From NCBI GenBank assembly GCA_037447605.1, contig CM074806.1, positions 4,340,001 through 4,404,000 of the forward strand: a stretch of DNA of 64,000 nucleotides, in the 5' to 3' direction. Each line of letters opens with the position of its first letter. Positions within the stretch are counted from its first letter, which is position 1. Below are positions 35,801 through 48,321 of the stretch, in pieces. A model generated the notes under the pieces. The model had not been told where the DNA came from and ran no database searches. It saw nothing but the letters and a program-made list of their open reading frames with translations. The position numbers and the translations under genes are program-made. The DNA comes from Zygnema circumcarinatum SAG 698-1b. Lineage: Eukaryota; Plantae; Zygnematophyceae.

Positions 35801-38800
35801 GTATGTAGTGCCCTTCCCGACCCCAGCCAGAGGCTCCGCACGCATGTGGTCGCGGGAAGGCGGACCCTCAGCCCCGCCAAATTGGCGTGAAAGAACAGTT
35901 TAGCAAATGGACCTGCTGCCCGCCCCACCCACCGCACGGCCGCAGAAGTTGACTCCAGAGGAAATGGAGAAGATGCAGCGGGAGAACAAGTGTTTCCGCT
36001 GCCGCAAGGAGGGGCACAAGGCCCGGGATTGCCCTCTGAACACCAAGGACAAGAAGGGCAAGGGGCCGGAAAACCCCAACCCACCAGCAGCTTAGGGGTC
36101 GTTGTTGGTGGACATACTAGGCTAGGGGGAGGGAATGGGGCTGCCATCAAGGATAAAAGACTCTTGTTTCTTAGAACCCTGGACATTCTTAACTTGGTGG
36201 GCAGGCCTTTGGGAGTGCAAGATCTCTTTGTGTTTGATGTACTCCCTTCTTCCATTTCTCTCTCCCCTGCCACTGTAGTGACTCCTTCTGGGTTTATGGA
36301 TGTAGTGATGAATGGTGATTGGCATGTCTTTATCCTCAATGTCATGGGCGATGATGTTCTCATGCAATGTGCCATGGATGCTTTGCATGTCATGGGAAAC
36401 ACCTCCCATGTCCTTGGGCTGCATGTGCTGGTTCCTCAGCACATGGCAGTTCGCACCTTTCCCAACGCCACTTGGCGGTTGGTGAAACAGTTGAGGAAAG
36501 GGCACACGTTGGTGCAAGAGATGGAAGGATCCACCAGCTTGCTGGTTGGCTCACCCTACACATTGGTGTGGAGGACGACTCGTCCTCAACCTTCGCATAT
36601 AGTGCGATCTATGTTCCACCTTGCCCATCGTGCCATGACCTTCATCGGATCAGCCAATGGCCACCCAGCAGTTCTACTGCTAGATACTGGGGCAGATGCT
36701 AACTTTGTTAGTTCTGCGTTCACCCAGAGATTTGGGTTGACCACAGATCCCCATTCAGAAAGTGTTACTTTCGGGGATGGACGCAAGGGCCAGATCTCTG
36801 GTAGCGTCACACTCAAGATCAAGCTCCAATCCTACTCCGGGGCAGTCAAGTGTCTTCTAACACAACTGGCCCCTGGTACTGATGTTATTTTAGGGAGTGC
36901 TTGGTTAACCATGGTCAAGGCACAAATGGACTTTTCTGTCCCACATTGCATTCTGCACAGTGGTGACAGGCGGCTTACCCTGCACCCTGGCAGAGCCACA
37001 TCCGCTGCTATCAAGCAGCCTGCTACTCCTTATCTCTGCTCAGCTATGCAATTGGCCAAAGCAGTTAAGGAAGGTTGCACCTTGTTCATGGTGCATGTCA
37101 TGGCAGCCACTGAGGATGTTCATGACGAAGATCAGGAATGGCAGATCACATCTACGAATGTGCTCTCGGCCGTTCCACCCAAAATCCAACCTTTGTTGTA
37201 TGAGTTCAGGGATGTTTTCCCTGACGACCTTCCAAGAGGGTTGCCACCATCTAGAGGAGCGGGCACACAATCCTCTTGAGCTCTGAGCAAAGCCTTTGGC
37301 GTCATCTATATCGTGTTGGGGTTCAAAGAAACCGGTGAGACGCGAAAAGCAGTTGGCAACTTACGCGAAAAGGGCCGGGATAACTCAGTCAAAGCCCCTT
37401 GGGGCGCCCATCTTGTTTGTTGGGAAGAACGCATGGTTCGTTGAGGATGTGCATTGATTATCACAAGACCAACAAGATCACCCGCAAAGAACCGCTTGTT
37501 TTACTCACGTATTGATGATCTGTTGATCGTTTCACGGCGCCCTCGAAGTGTTTACTTCCCATCTTGCTCAGGGTACCATCGACCGTGTTACTGGCTGATG
37601 TGCCAAACCGCGCCTCCGACATTGGTCATTTCCAATATATAAGGTGTTGCCCTTGGATTGACTAATGCTCCGGCGACTTTCCAGGCTGTAATGAACGAAA
37701 TGTTCATCGGCATGGACGAGTTTGTTTTGGTTTACCTCGATGATATCCTTGTCTTCAGTAAGACAGAGGAGGAACATCTTGAACACGTTCGGAAAGTGTT
37801 TGAGACCCTGAGGAAACACCAATTTTATGCCAAGAGGAAGAAGTGTCACTTCATGCAACGTGAGTTGCTTTATCTTGGGCATATCTTGAATGAACAGGGC
37901 CTTCGGACTGATCCAGCCAAAGTTTCCGCTGTAGAAATCCTTATGCCACCGACCCACCCTCGGCACCAGTTGAGGTCTTTTCCTGGCTTTGCGAATTATT
38001 TTCAGAAGTTCATCCAAGGGTTTAGTAAACTGTTACCCCTTGACTAATTTGACACGCCTGCGTCCCTTACATGGACCCTCAATGCCGTGGATGTACCGGG
38101 TTGCGTGCGCCTATGCACTTGTTACCGCACCCACTCTCCGTTTAGCGGACCCGTCCAAACCTTATGAAGTGGTTTGTGATGCTTCGGGATTCGCCTTGGG
38201 TGCCGTCTTGTTTCAAGATGGTCAACCTCTGGCGTATGAAAGTCGCAAAATGAATCCCGCTGAGCGCAACTATTCTGCAACAGAACAGGAACTGCTTGCA
38301 GTGGTCCACGCCCTGAGGACATGGCGGTGCTATTTAGAGGGGGCGAAAGCGGTCACGCTGGTCACTGACCACCGCCCGCTGACGTTCCTCTCAACCCAAC
38401 ATACCTTGTCTAGGCGGCAGGCACGCTGGTCTGAGTTCCTCCAAAGGTTTGACTGCCAGTGGGTCTATCGGCCCGGAAGGCTGAATGTCGCAGACCCACT
38501 GAGTAGGCAGCCTCGGCATCTTGCCTGGATGGTGCGCTCGTCGACTCGAGTGTTGGTGGAACGAGATGACAGAGGTGAGGGGCCGGCCAACCCCGAGTCT
38601 CCGTCTCCAGTATGCTTTGTCATAGATCCCTCCACCAGTGACGCAGTCAACCCTCCTGCTCTCTCTGATCTCAGACAGATGATTCAGGAGGGGTATACTG
38701 GTGATCCTTTGTTCCTGGATGGCCAAGGAAATGGCTATAAGGACAAAGTGGTGTCTAAGGACGGATTCTGGTACCACGGCCAGCAGTTGGTCGTGCCCAA

Positions 38801-41084
38801 GGCCGGGACTGTACGGCAGCTCATTCTGGGTGAGCTACATGATCCTCCGTACCGAGGTCACATGGGAGTTGCCAAAACCCGTGAGGCACTGCTCCGAGAG
38901 TTCTGGTGGCCTGGACTCTCGAGGGATGTGAAAGCGTATGTACTCGCTTGTCCAACTTGTCAACGAAACAAACCCCGCACTGGCAGGATCCCTGGCCAGC
39001 TGCAACCCCTCACACCTCCTTTTCGGAAATGGGACAGTGTGGGTATGGATTCTGATCACGATCTCCTCGCGGACACCCTGGGCATGACTCCATCCCTCGC
39101 CTTTGTCGACGGCCGCCAGAAGATGGTGCATTTTGCACCAACTACTAAGACAGCTGGGGCCGACGAGATTGCACGGTTGTATGTTGACAAAGTGTGGAGC
39201 CGGCATGGTCTTCAGTCAGAAATTGTGTCTGACCGTGATCCACGATTCACCGGCCATTTTTGGACGGAAGTGCTCAAAATCGTTGGGACCAAGCAGGCGT
39301 TGAGTACAGCTTTCCACCCGCAAACCGATGGCCAGACGGAACGGGTGAACAGGATCCTGGAGGATTACCTCCGGCATTATGTGGGACCTACCCCGGATGG
39401 GTGGGACGAACTGCTCCCAGTGGCTGAGTATGCCATCAATAATGCTTTCCAGGAGTCCATTGGTACCACCCCCTTTCTTCTTGAACTTTGGCCAGCACCC
39501 CTAAATCCCCTGCAACCAAGGGATCAGCCCCCTGATCCGTGGAACATGGGCGTCCACAGAAACCCCGATCGTTGGAAGCTGAGAGGGACTGATGGGACTC
39601 AACCTCGCTAGCCGATCTTTTGTCCCACTAATGCCCCGAGGCGCCGCAGGGCACCTGCATTCCCCGCTAGCGCCCGCCGGGCGACATAAAAGGCCTATAT
39701 GTTGACCGCCAACAGACGCAACTCTACCTTCAACGGCGATGAGGTGTTGCTACAAGAAACTTGAGACTCAAAGCTTATGGCGGAACACGTAAGCTGTGGC
39801 CCCGCTTCATCGACCTTTCAGGGTCGGGAAGCGAATCAATGATGTCGCTTACAGGTTGGATTTACCATCCCACATGAAGGTGCATCCGGTCTTTCATGTG
39901 GGTTTGCTAAAGGTCTACCGTAGCGATGGGAGGATCCAACCACCTCCCCCACCAGTGGAACTTGAAGGTGAACTTGAGTATGAAGTTGAAACCATTCAAG
40001 CCCACCGTATTGTGAGAAAGGGTCGATCTTCCCGTCACGAAAACCTCGTGAAATGGTTGGGCTATGGGGTTGAACATATCACATGGGAAGCCGAGGGCAA
40101 CTTAACCAATTGCCGAGCTCATCAACTTGTACCGGAGGCTGGTGTGAGAGCTGGGCGCAGGGCGCACGTGGGGGTTCGCCGCCCCTCGCCGCTAACCTCG
40201 AAAGGGACTCTGACCGGGATTATCGCCGAGCCCCTCCCTAAGCATCACGAGTTCGGACGCCAGTCGCTGGAAACTACGAAATGCCATACTACCTTCACAC
40301 ACGCGAATCCAGGCCGCTCACATTCTCACAGGGAGTAATGTAGCCAAACGCTACAAATACCCCAAGGGGAAGGGTTACTTAGAGCCCGGCGTGGCTTTAT
40401 GTTTCCATCCAATGCAGTACCTAACGGTTAGAGCATCGGATACCCTATAGGACGACGGAGGTCCTAGGTTCGAACCTTAAGAACTGGTTCACCAGTGGGG
40501 CCGCCACATAATCTCTATGGGCCCCACATCAACTGCCAAGGTCCCCTCCTCTCAGCGTAGAGGAGGATCACGGATCAACGGCACCACGCGACCAACTGTG
40601 TTCGCTGATTGATCTCGTCCGCTGCCCGATCCCCCTTTTGATTCTGTTCGCCGGGTCCGCATAATAACGGTTACCCGCTGGTAATGCGACAAGCTTCGAT
40701 GGGCCGGACTCTCGCATCACGCGTAGGTTTTCACTGGCACTCTACGGGCATTTCTGGCTGCGCCTGCCGCGGGCGCCGCTGAATGCGGGCGTAGCACTCA
40801 GATAAGCAGGCCACCTCTCACCCATTCGGAAGCCGAGGAACACGCGGCGGGTCCGGGCTATTGGATGTGCCTCGCCGCTTTCCAATCCTCCATGCCGGGT
40901 AGGAGGTTCTGGACGGGAAGCTGGGCGTGGGTGACCTGCCGTTACCCAACCAACGTATCGGGTATTCCGGGTTGTGCACCCTCGCCGGCCGCGCCACTCT
41001 CCTCTCAAGCTCTCCTGTTTCTGAACTCGAAAGTGCTGGTGTGTGATTCCGCGCAGGCTGAAGAGGCGGTTTTCAGTCGTTACA
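32890..41084 (+). mobile_element. Near full-length Ty3/Gypsy chromovirus (type-B LTRs), frameshifted
   Basis: 5' LTR to 34542, then PBS-like TTGGTATCGAGGCC. Gag zinc knuckle CFRCRKEGHKARDC (~35990-36030), protease LLDTGADANFV (~36675), RT YLDDILVFS (~37730), RNase H VVCDASG/ELLAVVHAL, integrase IVSDRDPRF/AFHPQTDGQTER, chromodomain EYEVETIQAH...VKWLGYG (~39980-40130), PPT GGGAGTAA, 3' LTR 40339-41084. Confidence 0.92.
33175..34141 (+). mobile_element. Solo LTR (Copia-like TGTTAG family) inserted in the chromovirus 5' LTR
   Basis: TGTTAG...CCAACA, 967 bp, flanked by a perfect GTCCG duplication (33170-33174 and 34142-34146). The host LTR sequence resumes on both sides, as in the uninterrupted copy near 40650. 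Confidence 0.9.
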
Positions 41085-42054
41085 CGCCCCACCCGGCTGC
41101 CGGAAGCAGCCGGCAGAAGTCCGGACCCCCTGGTTTCTCCACGAGGGGGAGTCACCCCCACGGGGGTGGCGAACCACCCAGCAGTGGGGGACCCCCGCCG
41201 GGGGCAGCTGCTGGGGGCGGAGGAGATCTTATGTCCTGACCGCTTCCCCGCGAACTCATCGAGGATGCTCCGACGGAATCGGGCTGTGGCCCCGCCTTTG
41301 GGGCGAACATCCTGACACGCCCGCCGATTGAGCAAAGGTTGGGTCAAACGGCGGGGGCTACCTTCGCGACCACTTCACTCCAGCAGGGCTTTTGCTTACT
41401 CAAAGACTGCAGGAGCCGCGATACCGTGTATGCAGGGCCTCTCGATGAGATTGGGGATTTGATTGGGATAAGTTCTGTGAGACGTAACTTATCAAACACT
41501 TTGGGCCTTGGATCCCTTGGAGGCCCGGGATAAATTTCGCATCATGGTCCAAACCGCAAGTCAAGGGGCGGCGAGACTCGCTGGGTGCCTCAAATCACCA
41601 CTCACAAGCCTGTCGCCGAAGTTCTTTCCACTTCTCGTGAACGCTTGAAGCCACACCTCAGGAAGCAACCGCTAATCCAACCTTACCTGACCAAACCGCG
41701 GGGACCCCGCCGACTGCACTTTGATGCGCCCATTCGGACACGCTTCCCCTCGGGCAAGCATGTAGCCCTTCCCGACCCCGCCAGAGGTCGGGCGACGAGG
41801 ACAGTGGTCGTGGAAGGCGTACCTCAAGACCGCCAAGATGGCAGAGTTAGTCAAGCGAAGCAACCTCGAAGTGGTCAGCTCGCTTCACCCACCGCAAGGT
41901 CATAAGTTTACTCCAGAGGAAATGGAGAAGACGTAGCTGGAAACAAATGTTTCCGCTAGCAGGGAAGGAGGGTCACAAGGCGCGTGATTGTCCTTTAAAC
42001 ACCAAGGACGGGAAGGGCAAGGGGCCGGAAAACCCCAACCCACCAGCAGCTTAG

Positions 42055-44968
42055 TGTTGGAGTCTGGATCTGCTCGCTGCTCCCGGCGCCACCTCGCGTG
42101 TCGCCCTCCATTGGAACTCCGGTTCCCACCGATGAAGACATCTTCACTCTCTCTCACTCTATCTCACTTCACTCATAGCCCATAACTCATTGCACGAACG
42201 CAGACGAAAGCACAAAGGAAATCACACAATGAGAGAGTATGGGGAGAAAAGCTCACTCTAAAACCCTTTATAATAAGAATGTCACCCACATGAAGTTTCC
42301 TCCCCTTCCTCACTAGCTACTTCCCTTTACTCACTACCTTAAGTACACAAGTAGGGCAGCCCAAAGAACACGAAAGCAGTACGACAAGTCACGGACTACA
42401 AAGTAGGGGCTTCAATGTGGTTATCCTTCTCATAACAAAAGCTAAACCCAATATTACCGCCATATGGCCGTTACGCGGACATCTTCCTTGTTGGACCGAT
42501 GTCACGCGTCACGCCGCCCTCATGCGCTCGCCAGCCTGTGTACGCTGCTCAACATCCAGCGCTTGGCGGCCTTTCGCGAACCTACGCCAAAGACGACCTA
42601 GTCGCCGCCCGCATGCTTCCGCCAGCCCATCTCAATCTCAGTCGGCCCTGCTCGAAGCGCAGGGACCCCGCCGCCTCTGTCTCTGTATTGCCTCACAAGC
42701 CATACAAGATAAAATTAAGCTAAGGCTGCTAGTGCATAATACCCGCCGGGCCCGCCGACGCGAAATCTCCGCCGCCGCATTTCGCCGCTGCCACACTTTG
42801 TCCCGCGCGGGTCGGCCACTCGGTCTCCTCCGTAGCTGACCTCGCCACAGCCCGGCCAAGGATCAAGCATCTGCGGTCCGACGTTCCGGGCCGAATATCA
42901 CCGACATCCTCCGCCGCCTCGAAAGCTGCATTTGCCACCCGGCTGGTTTGGCCCACCGTATTTCCTAGGAACACTACTGCCAGTATCTCATGTTTCCCCT
43001 AACCGGGAGACCACAACAATGTTAGTGTGAACCCGCATAATGTCTAACTATAGCACACTAACACTAACAATCCCCCTCTTGGGACTCAGTTCCTCATGGG
43101 CCCTAGCCCAATGAGTCTGCTATTCACTAGTAGTGTCTCCCCACTAACTCCCTTAGTCAACATATCCGCAGCCTGCTCCTTCGTCCCCACGAACTTCACA
43201 ACAATCATCCCCTCCTCTACTAATTCTCGCACATAATGGTATTGTACTCTAATGTGCTTTGTCCTCTTATGAAACACAGGGTTTTCAACAAGAGCTATGG
43301 ACGACTGATTATCCGTGAACAAAGTCAAGGGACGTTGTGGCCTCTTACACTCATCAAAGAAATGTTGGAACCAAACTCCCTCCTTCGCTGCGTGACATGC
43401 TCCCATGTACTCGCCTTCGGTGCTAGACAACGCAACCGAATCCTGTAGCTTCGAGCTCCATGAGATCGCTCCACCTGCGTTCAGGTAAACAAATCCGGAG
43501 GTCGATCGCGATGTGTCCACGCCACCTCCCGGCCGAAATCGGTGTATCCTGGACACCTCGCTCGCCCCTCTCAGAAGGGAAGTCCGCATTCCGTGGTCCC
43601 CCGTATAACCGAAGATTGGCTTACGCCTCCCAATGCTCGTGTCGATTCTCCATGAACCGACTTGGCGGCGCCACGCCTCGCCAAGTCCGGGTCGGGTACC
43701 AATCACAGGGTACATTAAACTTCCGATACAGACCAGACGACTGCATATGCGCCGGTATCTCCGCTACCGTCGCTGGGCTCCATATTTCGACAATCTCGCC
43801 ACGATCTCCATTGGACCGTGCACGGCCCCGGCACTCCTCCATATTGAATCTCGCTAGTACATCCTCAAGGCGCATTTCTCTTCTCGACTCTGGGGAATGC
43901 ATTCCGCCCCTCGCCTCTTCACCGTATCCCCGGGGAGATACCACCGCTACCCCTAGATCCGGAGCATTTGTGCTAGCTTGCAAAAGTTTCTTCTGTGATC
44001 ATTGATTCTCCGAGAGACCTCACCATAATGAGGGCGTCATCCACGAGATCCCAACGTATGAGATCTCCCTCCTCTCCTTGTCGGTAGACGGAATGATCCG
44101 CCTCAAAAGCGCCGCTAGAACCGGCGTTCCCCTCGGCGATCGGCCAATCTCGTACTGCATCCTGGTGGTGCTCGCCAAATTGGCATGTGTACTTCTTCTA
44201 CTAGCGCATGCATTTGTGATGCTCCCCGCCTCTCGACAACTTTCTCTCTTTCTCGTTGCTCATGTAGATCTCCTCAAATGTAGATCTCCGCATGTAAACG
44301 CGGGTCTTGATATCTAACCGATGGACATGCATCCCCCTCACCGCTGACGAGATTAGGGGCACCTGAGGGAGCAAGCAACCTCACTCCTCACCGGGCTAAA
44401 GTCTCCCTGCGGTAGTCGATTCCGTACTTTTGGTCGTGAGCCCTTCGCCACCACCGCCATGCTTTGTAACGTTTCCACACCTCAACTTTCGCTTCACCTG
44501 GAACACCCACTTGCATCCAATGGCTCTCCCCTTCCTTCGCGCCTTTCTCCGGGCCGCTACTGCCCCGTTTCTATCGACTATTCCATCTTCGCTATCGACG
44601 GGCCGCCGCCACTTCGCTCCATCGCACTCTACCGCGGAGCCCTCGGGCTTGGCGCCCAAGATCATGTGGTAGCAAAGGGCAACCTCAAGCAGGTCGCCAC
44701 AGAGTCCGTAGGCACTCTCTCCTGCATCAGGTTAGTCTGCGACGGCCTGTATCGTTCAGGCCTCCTCACCACACGGGTGCTCCTCCGCGGTCCTTGCGTT
44801 CTCCCACTCCTCGAGTTGAAGAAAATTCCGGGAACATATCCCGGAGGCATCCTTGCCCTCATCGCGTCTCTCTCGGCCATATCCAAGTCCTCAGACTCCT
44901 GTCCGTGCAAAGGTACAGTTTCGACCGAGTCTTCCTCATCTGACAGGTGAGTGTGTAGTGGGGCCGTC
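42055..44968 (-). mobile_element. Ty1/Copia element, 3' part (RT, RNase H, PPT, 3' LTR 43069-42055)
   Basis: RNase H SWSSKLQDSVALSSTEGEY/FTDNQSSIAL/HKRTKHI, RT start [31 protein letters not shown]...CCAACA; truncated at the N gap 44969-44978. Confidence 0.88.
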
Positions 44969-44978
44969 NNNNNNNNNN

Positions 44979-47716
44979 GGTGATCTTGTTGAGTGCACGA
45001 TAATCAATGCACATCCTCAACGAGCCATCTTTCTTCCCAACAAACAAGATGGGCGCCCCAAAGGGGCTCTGACTGGGTTCTATCCAGCCCTTTTCACGTA
45101 AAGTTGCCAACTGCTTTCGCATCTCCTCGGTTTCTTTCGGGCTTAACCGATAGATCGGCCGCCAAGGCGGCTTTTGCTCAGGCTCAAGAGGGATCGTGTG
45201 CCCCACCCCTCTCGATGGTGGCAACCCTCTTGGAAGGTCGTCAGGGAAAACATCCCTGAACTCATCCAACAAAGGTTGGATTTTGGGTGGAACGGCCGAG
45301 AGCACATCCGTAGATGTGATCTCGCCATTCCCGATTCTCGCCATGAACATCCCCGTTGGCCGCCATGACACGCGCACCATGAACAAGCAGTAACCTTCCT
45401 TAACCGCTGGCCAATTGTATACCGGCGCACGATAAGGAGTAGCAGGCTGCTTGATAGCAGCGGATGTGGCTCTGCCAGGATGCAGGGTAAGCCGCCTGTC
45501 ACCACTGTGCAGAATGCAATGTGGGACAGAAAAGCCCATTTGTGCTTTGACCATGGTTAACCAAGCACTCCTCAAAATAACACCAGTACCAGGGGCCAGT
45601 TGTGTTAGAAGGCACTTGACTGCCCCGGAGTAGGATTGGAGCTTGATCTTGAGTATGACGCTACCGAGATCTGCCCTTGCGCCCATCCTCGAAAAGTAAC
45701 ACCTCTCAATGGGGATCTGTGGTCAACCCAAATCTCTGGGTGAACGCAGAACTAACAAAGTTAGCATCGGCCCCAGTATCTAGCAGTATCACTACGGGGT
45801 GGCCATTGGCTGACCCGGTGAAGGTCATGGCACGATGGGCAAGATGGAACATAGATCGCACTATATGCGAGGGTTGAGGACGAGCCGTCCTCCACACCAA
45901 GGTTGTAACGACTGAAAACCGCCTCTTCAGTCTGCGCGGAATCACACACCAGCACTCAGAGTTCAGCGAGAGGGAGAGCAAGAGAGAGAGAGCTCCATAG
46001 TGGGGAGCAGCCCGGGCAGGGGTGCAACCGAATGCCGGTACGTTCGTTGGGTGACGACAGTCACCCTCGCCCCTTTACGCTTCCCCCGTTGAACCTCCTA
46101 CCAAAGATGGAGGGATTGGAAGGTGGCTTCGTCCAATGGCAAACCGCTGACGCGGTCCCTCTCCTCGACCAAATGGGCTCGCAGGTGTACAACGTACTAA
46201 TGCTCGCCGCATTCACGGGCGCTGGGCGCCGCGACGCACGGGCCAGACGCCGCAGGTAACGGGTCGGATCCTACGCTACGGCGCGGGTCCGGATGTCCGG
46301 CCTCGTACTAACGGTAACCCGTGATTGTACGGACGACGGTTACGTTCCAAAACGTAAGGAAGATGTGGTCGGGATTCCATGATCCTCGACTGGCCATCGG
46401 CCACGCTGCATACGAGGCGTCTCGGTATGTCATACAAGATCAACCCTGCAACCTTCGGGCATAGCCTGATCCCAGACCCCTTCCCCTCGGGTCCTAGGTG
46501 AACCCCTCACGCCTTGGCCACCTCGCCCTCGGGGCCAGTGGTGTGTGAGAGTACTAGGACGGAGCGCGCCCTAAGTACACCTCCCGTGGGTGACTGTAGC
46601 GTTTCGCTACATTACTCCCCCCCTGTGAGAATGTGAACGCCCTCGTTCACGTGTGCGGGATAGTAAAGGCAGCTCGTAGCTTCAACGGCACGCGTCGAAC
46701 TCTACGTGATAATCGGGAGGGCTCAGCGATAATCCCGGTCAAGTCCCTTTCCGAGTTGCGCGGGGACGGCTCAGGAACCCCCCGGGCCGCCCTCGCCCGC
46801 TCGCCTGCGGCCTGCGCCTCCCAGTACAAGTTGATGAGCTCCTGGCAATTGGTTAAGTTGCCCTCGGCTTCCCATGTGCTATGTTCAACCCCATAGCCCA
46901 ACCATTTCATGTAACGGCTGAAATCTGACTCCTTCAGCCTACGCGGAATCACACACCAGCACTCAGAGTTCAGCGGGAGAGAGAGAGAGCAAGAGAGAGC
47001 TTCAGAGTGGGGAGCAGCCCGGGTTGGGCGTGCAACCGTATGCCGGTACGTTGGTTGGGTGACGACAGTCACCTACGCCCCTATACGCTTCCCCCGTTGA
47101 ACCTCCTACCAGCATGGAGGATTAGGCGAGAACGTCAATGGCCAAACTGCCGTCCCTCTCGGCCTGCATGGGTGAGAGGTGTCCCTGCTGTCTGATACTT
47201 CCGCCCGCATTCAGCGGCTGGCCTTGACTTGGCGCCGCCCGTCTGTCGGTGCGGTCCGGATCCCTCACAGCGGCCTTGAGTCGGCCAACCGGTATCCCGT
47301 CATTACCAGCGGTAACCGTGATTATGCGGACGGCGATTCCCCGTTCAAAACGTAAGGAAGATGTGGTCGGGATTCCATGATCCCTTGACCACATCGGCGG
47401 CGCGGTACATATATGTCTCTGTATACGCGCCCGTATCGGGCATACAACCGCCGCGGGATTCGATCCCGAGACTTCCTGGTCACAGGTGGTCCACGACGCC
47501 TTATTTTCGGCCAGCGGTGAAAGTCTTAGGGGCCAGTCGCCCTAAGTACACCTCAGGTGGGTATTGTAGCGTTTCGCTACATTACTCCCCTGTGAGAATG
47601 TGAGCGCCCTGCGTTCGCGTGTGTGTAGAGGTAGTGGCGGCTCGTGAGGTTTCAGCGGCCTGGCGATAGAACTCCTCGTGATAGCAAGGGAGAATTTCGT
47701 GATAATCGGTCAAGTC
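44979..47716 (-). mobile_element. Self-nested chromovirus fragments: PPT-LTR (47581-46910), chromodomain-PPT-LTR (46611-45904), protease-RT
   Basis: Two LTRs, each starting TGTAGCGAAACGCTACA after GGGGAGTAA and ending GTTACA. They abut chromodomain (KWLGYGVEHSTWEAEGNL) and pre-protease sequence of the same family. Also ILLDTGADANFV and [26 protein letters not shown]. Confidence 0.85.
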
Positions 47717-47816
47717 NNNNNNNNNNNNNNNNNNNNNNNNNNNNNNNNNNNNNNNNNNNNNNNNNNNNNNNNNNNNNNNNNNNNNNNNNNNNNNNNNNNN
47801 NNNNNNNNNNNNNNNN

Positions 47817-48311
47817 TTTCTCAATCGCTTTCACCAACCGCCAAGCTGGGCGCTGGGGAGTGTGGTGTGAACGCCATGCTGAAAACCAAAGACATGCAGC
47901 CCCAAGGACACGGGAGTGTGTTTCCCCATGACATGTGCAAAAGCATCCACGGCACATTGCATGAGAACATCATCGCCCATGACATTGAGGATAAAGACAT
48001 GCCAATCACCATGCATCACTACATCCATAAACCCAGAAGGAGTCACTACAGTGGCAGGGGAAAGAGAAATGGAAGAAGGGAGTACATCAAATACAAAGAG
48101 ATCTTGCACTCCCAAAGGCCTGTCCACCAAGTTAAGAATGTCCAGGGTTCTAAGAAACAAGAGTCTTTTATCCCTGATGGCAGCCCCATTCCCTCCCCCT
48201 AGCCTAGCATGTCCACCAGCAACGACCCCTAAGCTGCTGGTGGGTTGGGGTTTTCCGGCCCCTTGCCCTTCTTGTCCTTGGTGTTCAGAGGGCAATCACG
48301 GCCTTGTGCCC
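47817..48311 (-). mobile_element. Chromovirus gag-pol junction fragment between gaps
   Basis: Near-identical to 36030-36520 (KDKKGKGPENPNPPAA*, LLFLRTLDILNLV). Confidence 0.85.
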
Positions 48312-48321
48312 NNNNNNNNNN

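Noticed and set aside
36330-36365. FILNVMGDDVL looks like a viral RdRp GDD motif C
   Set aside because: No motif A or B at the expected spacing, and it sits inside a Gypsy pol N-terminal region; probably coincidental.
36122-36517. Antisense ORFs over the gag-pol junction (also 47678-48202)
   Set aside because: Reverse-frame shadows of the conserved pol ORF with no independent motif.
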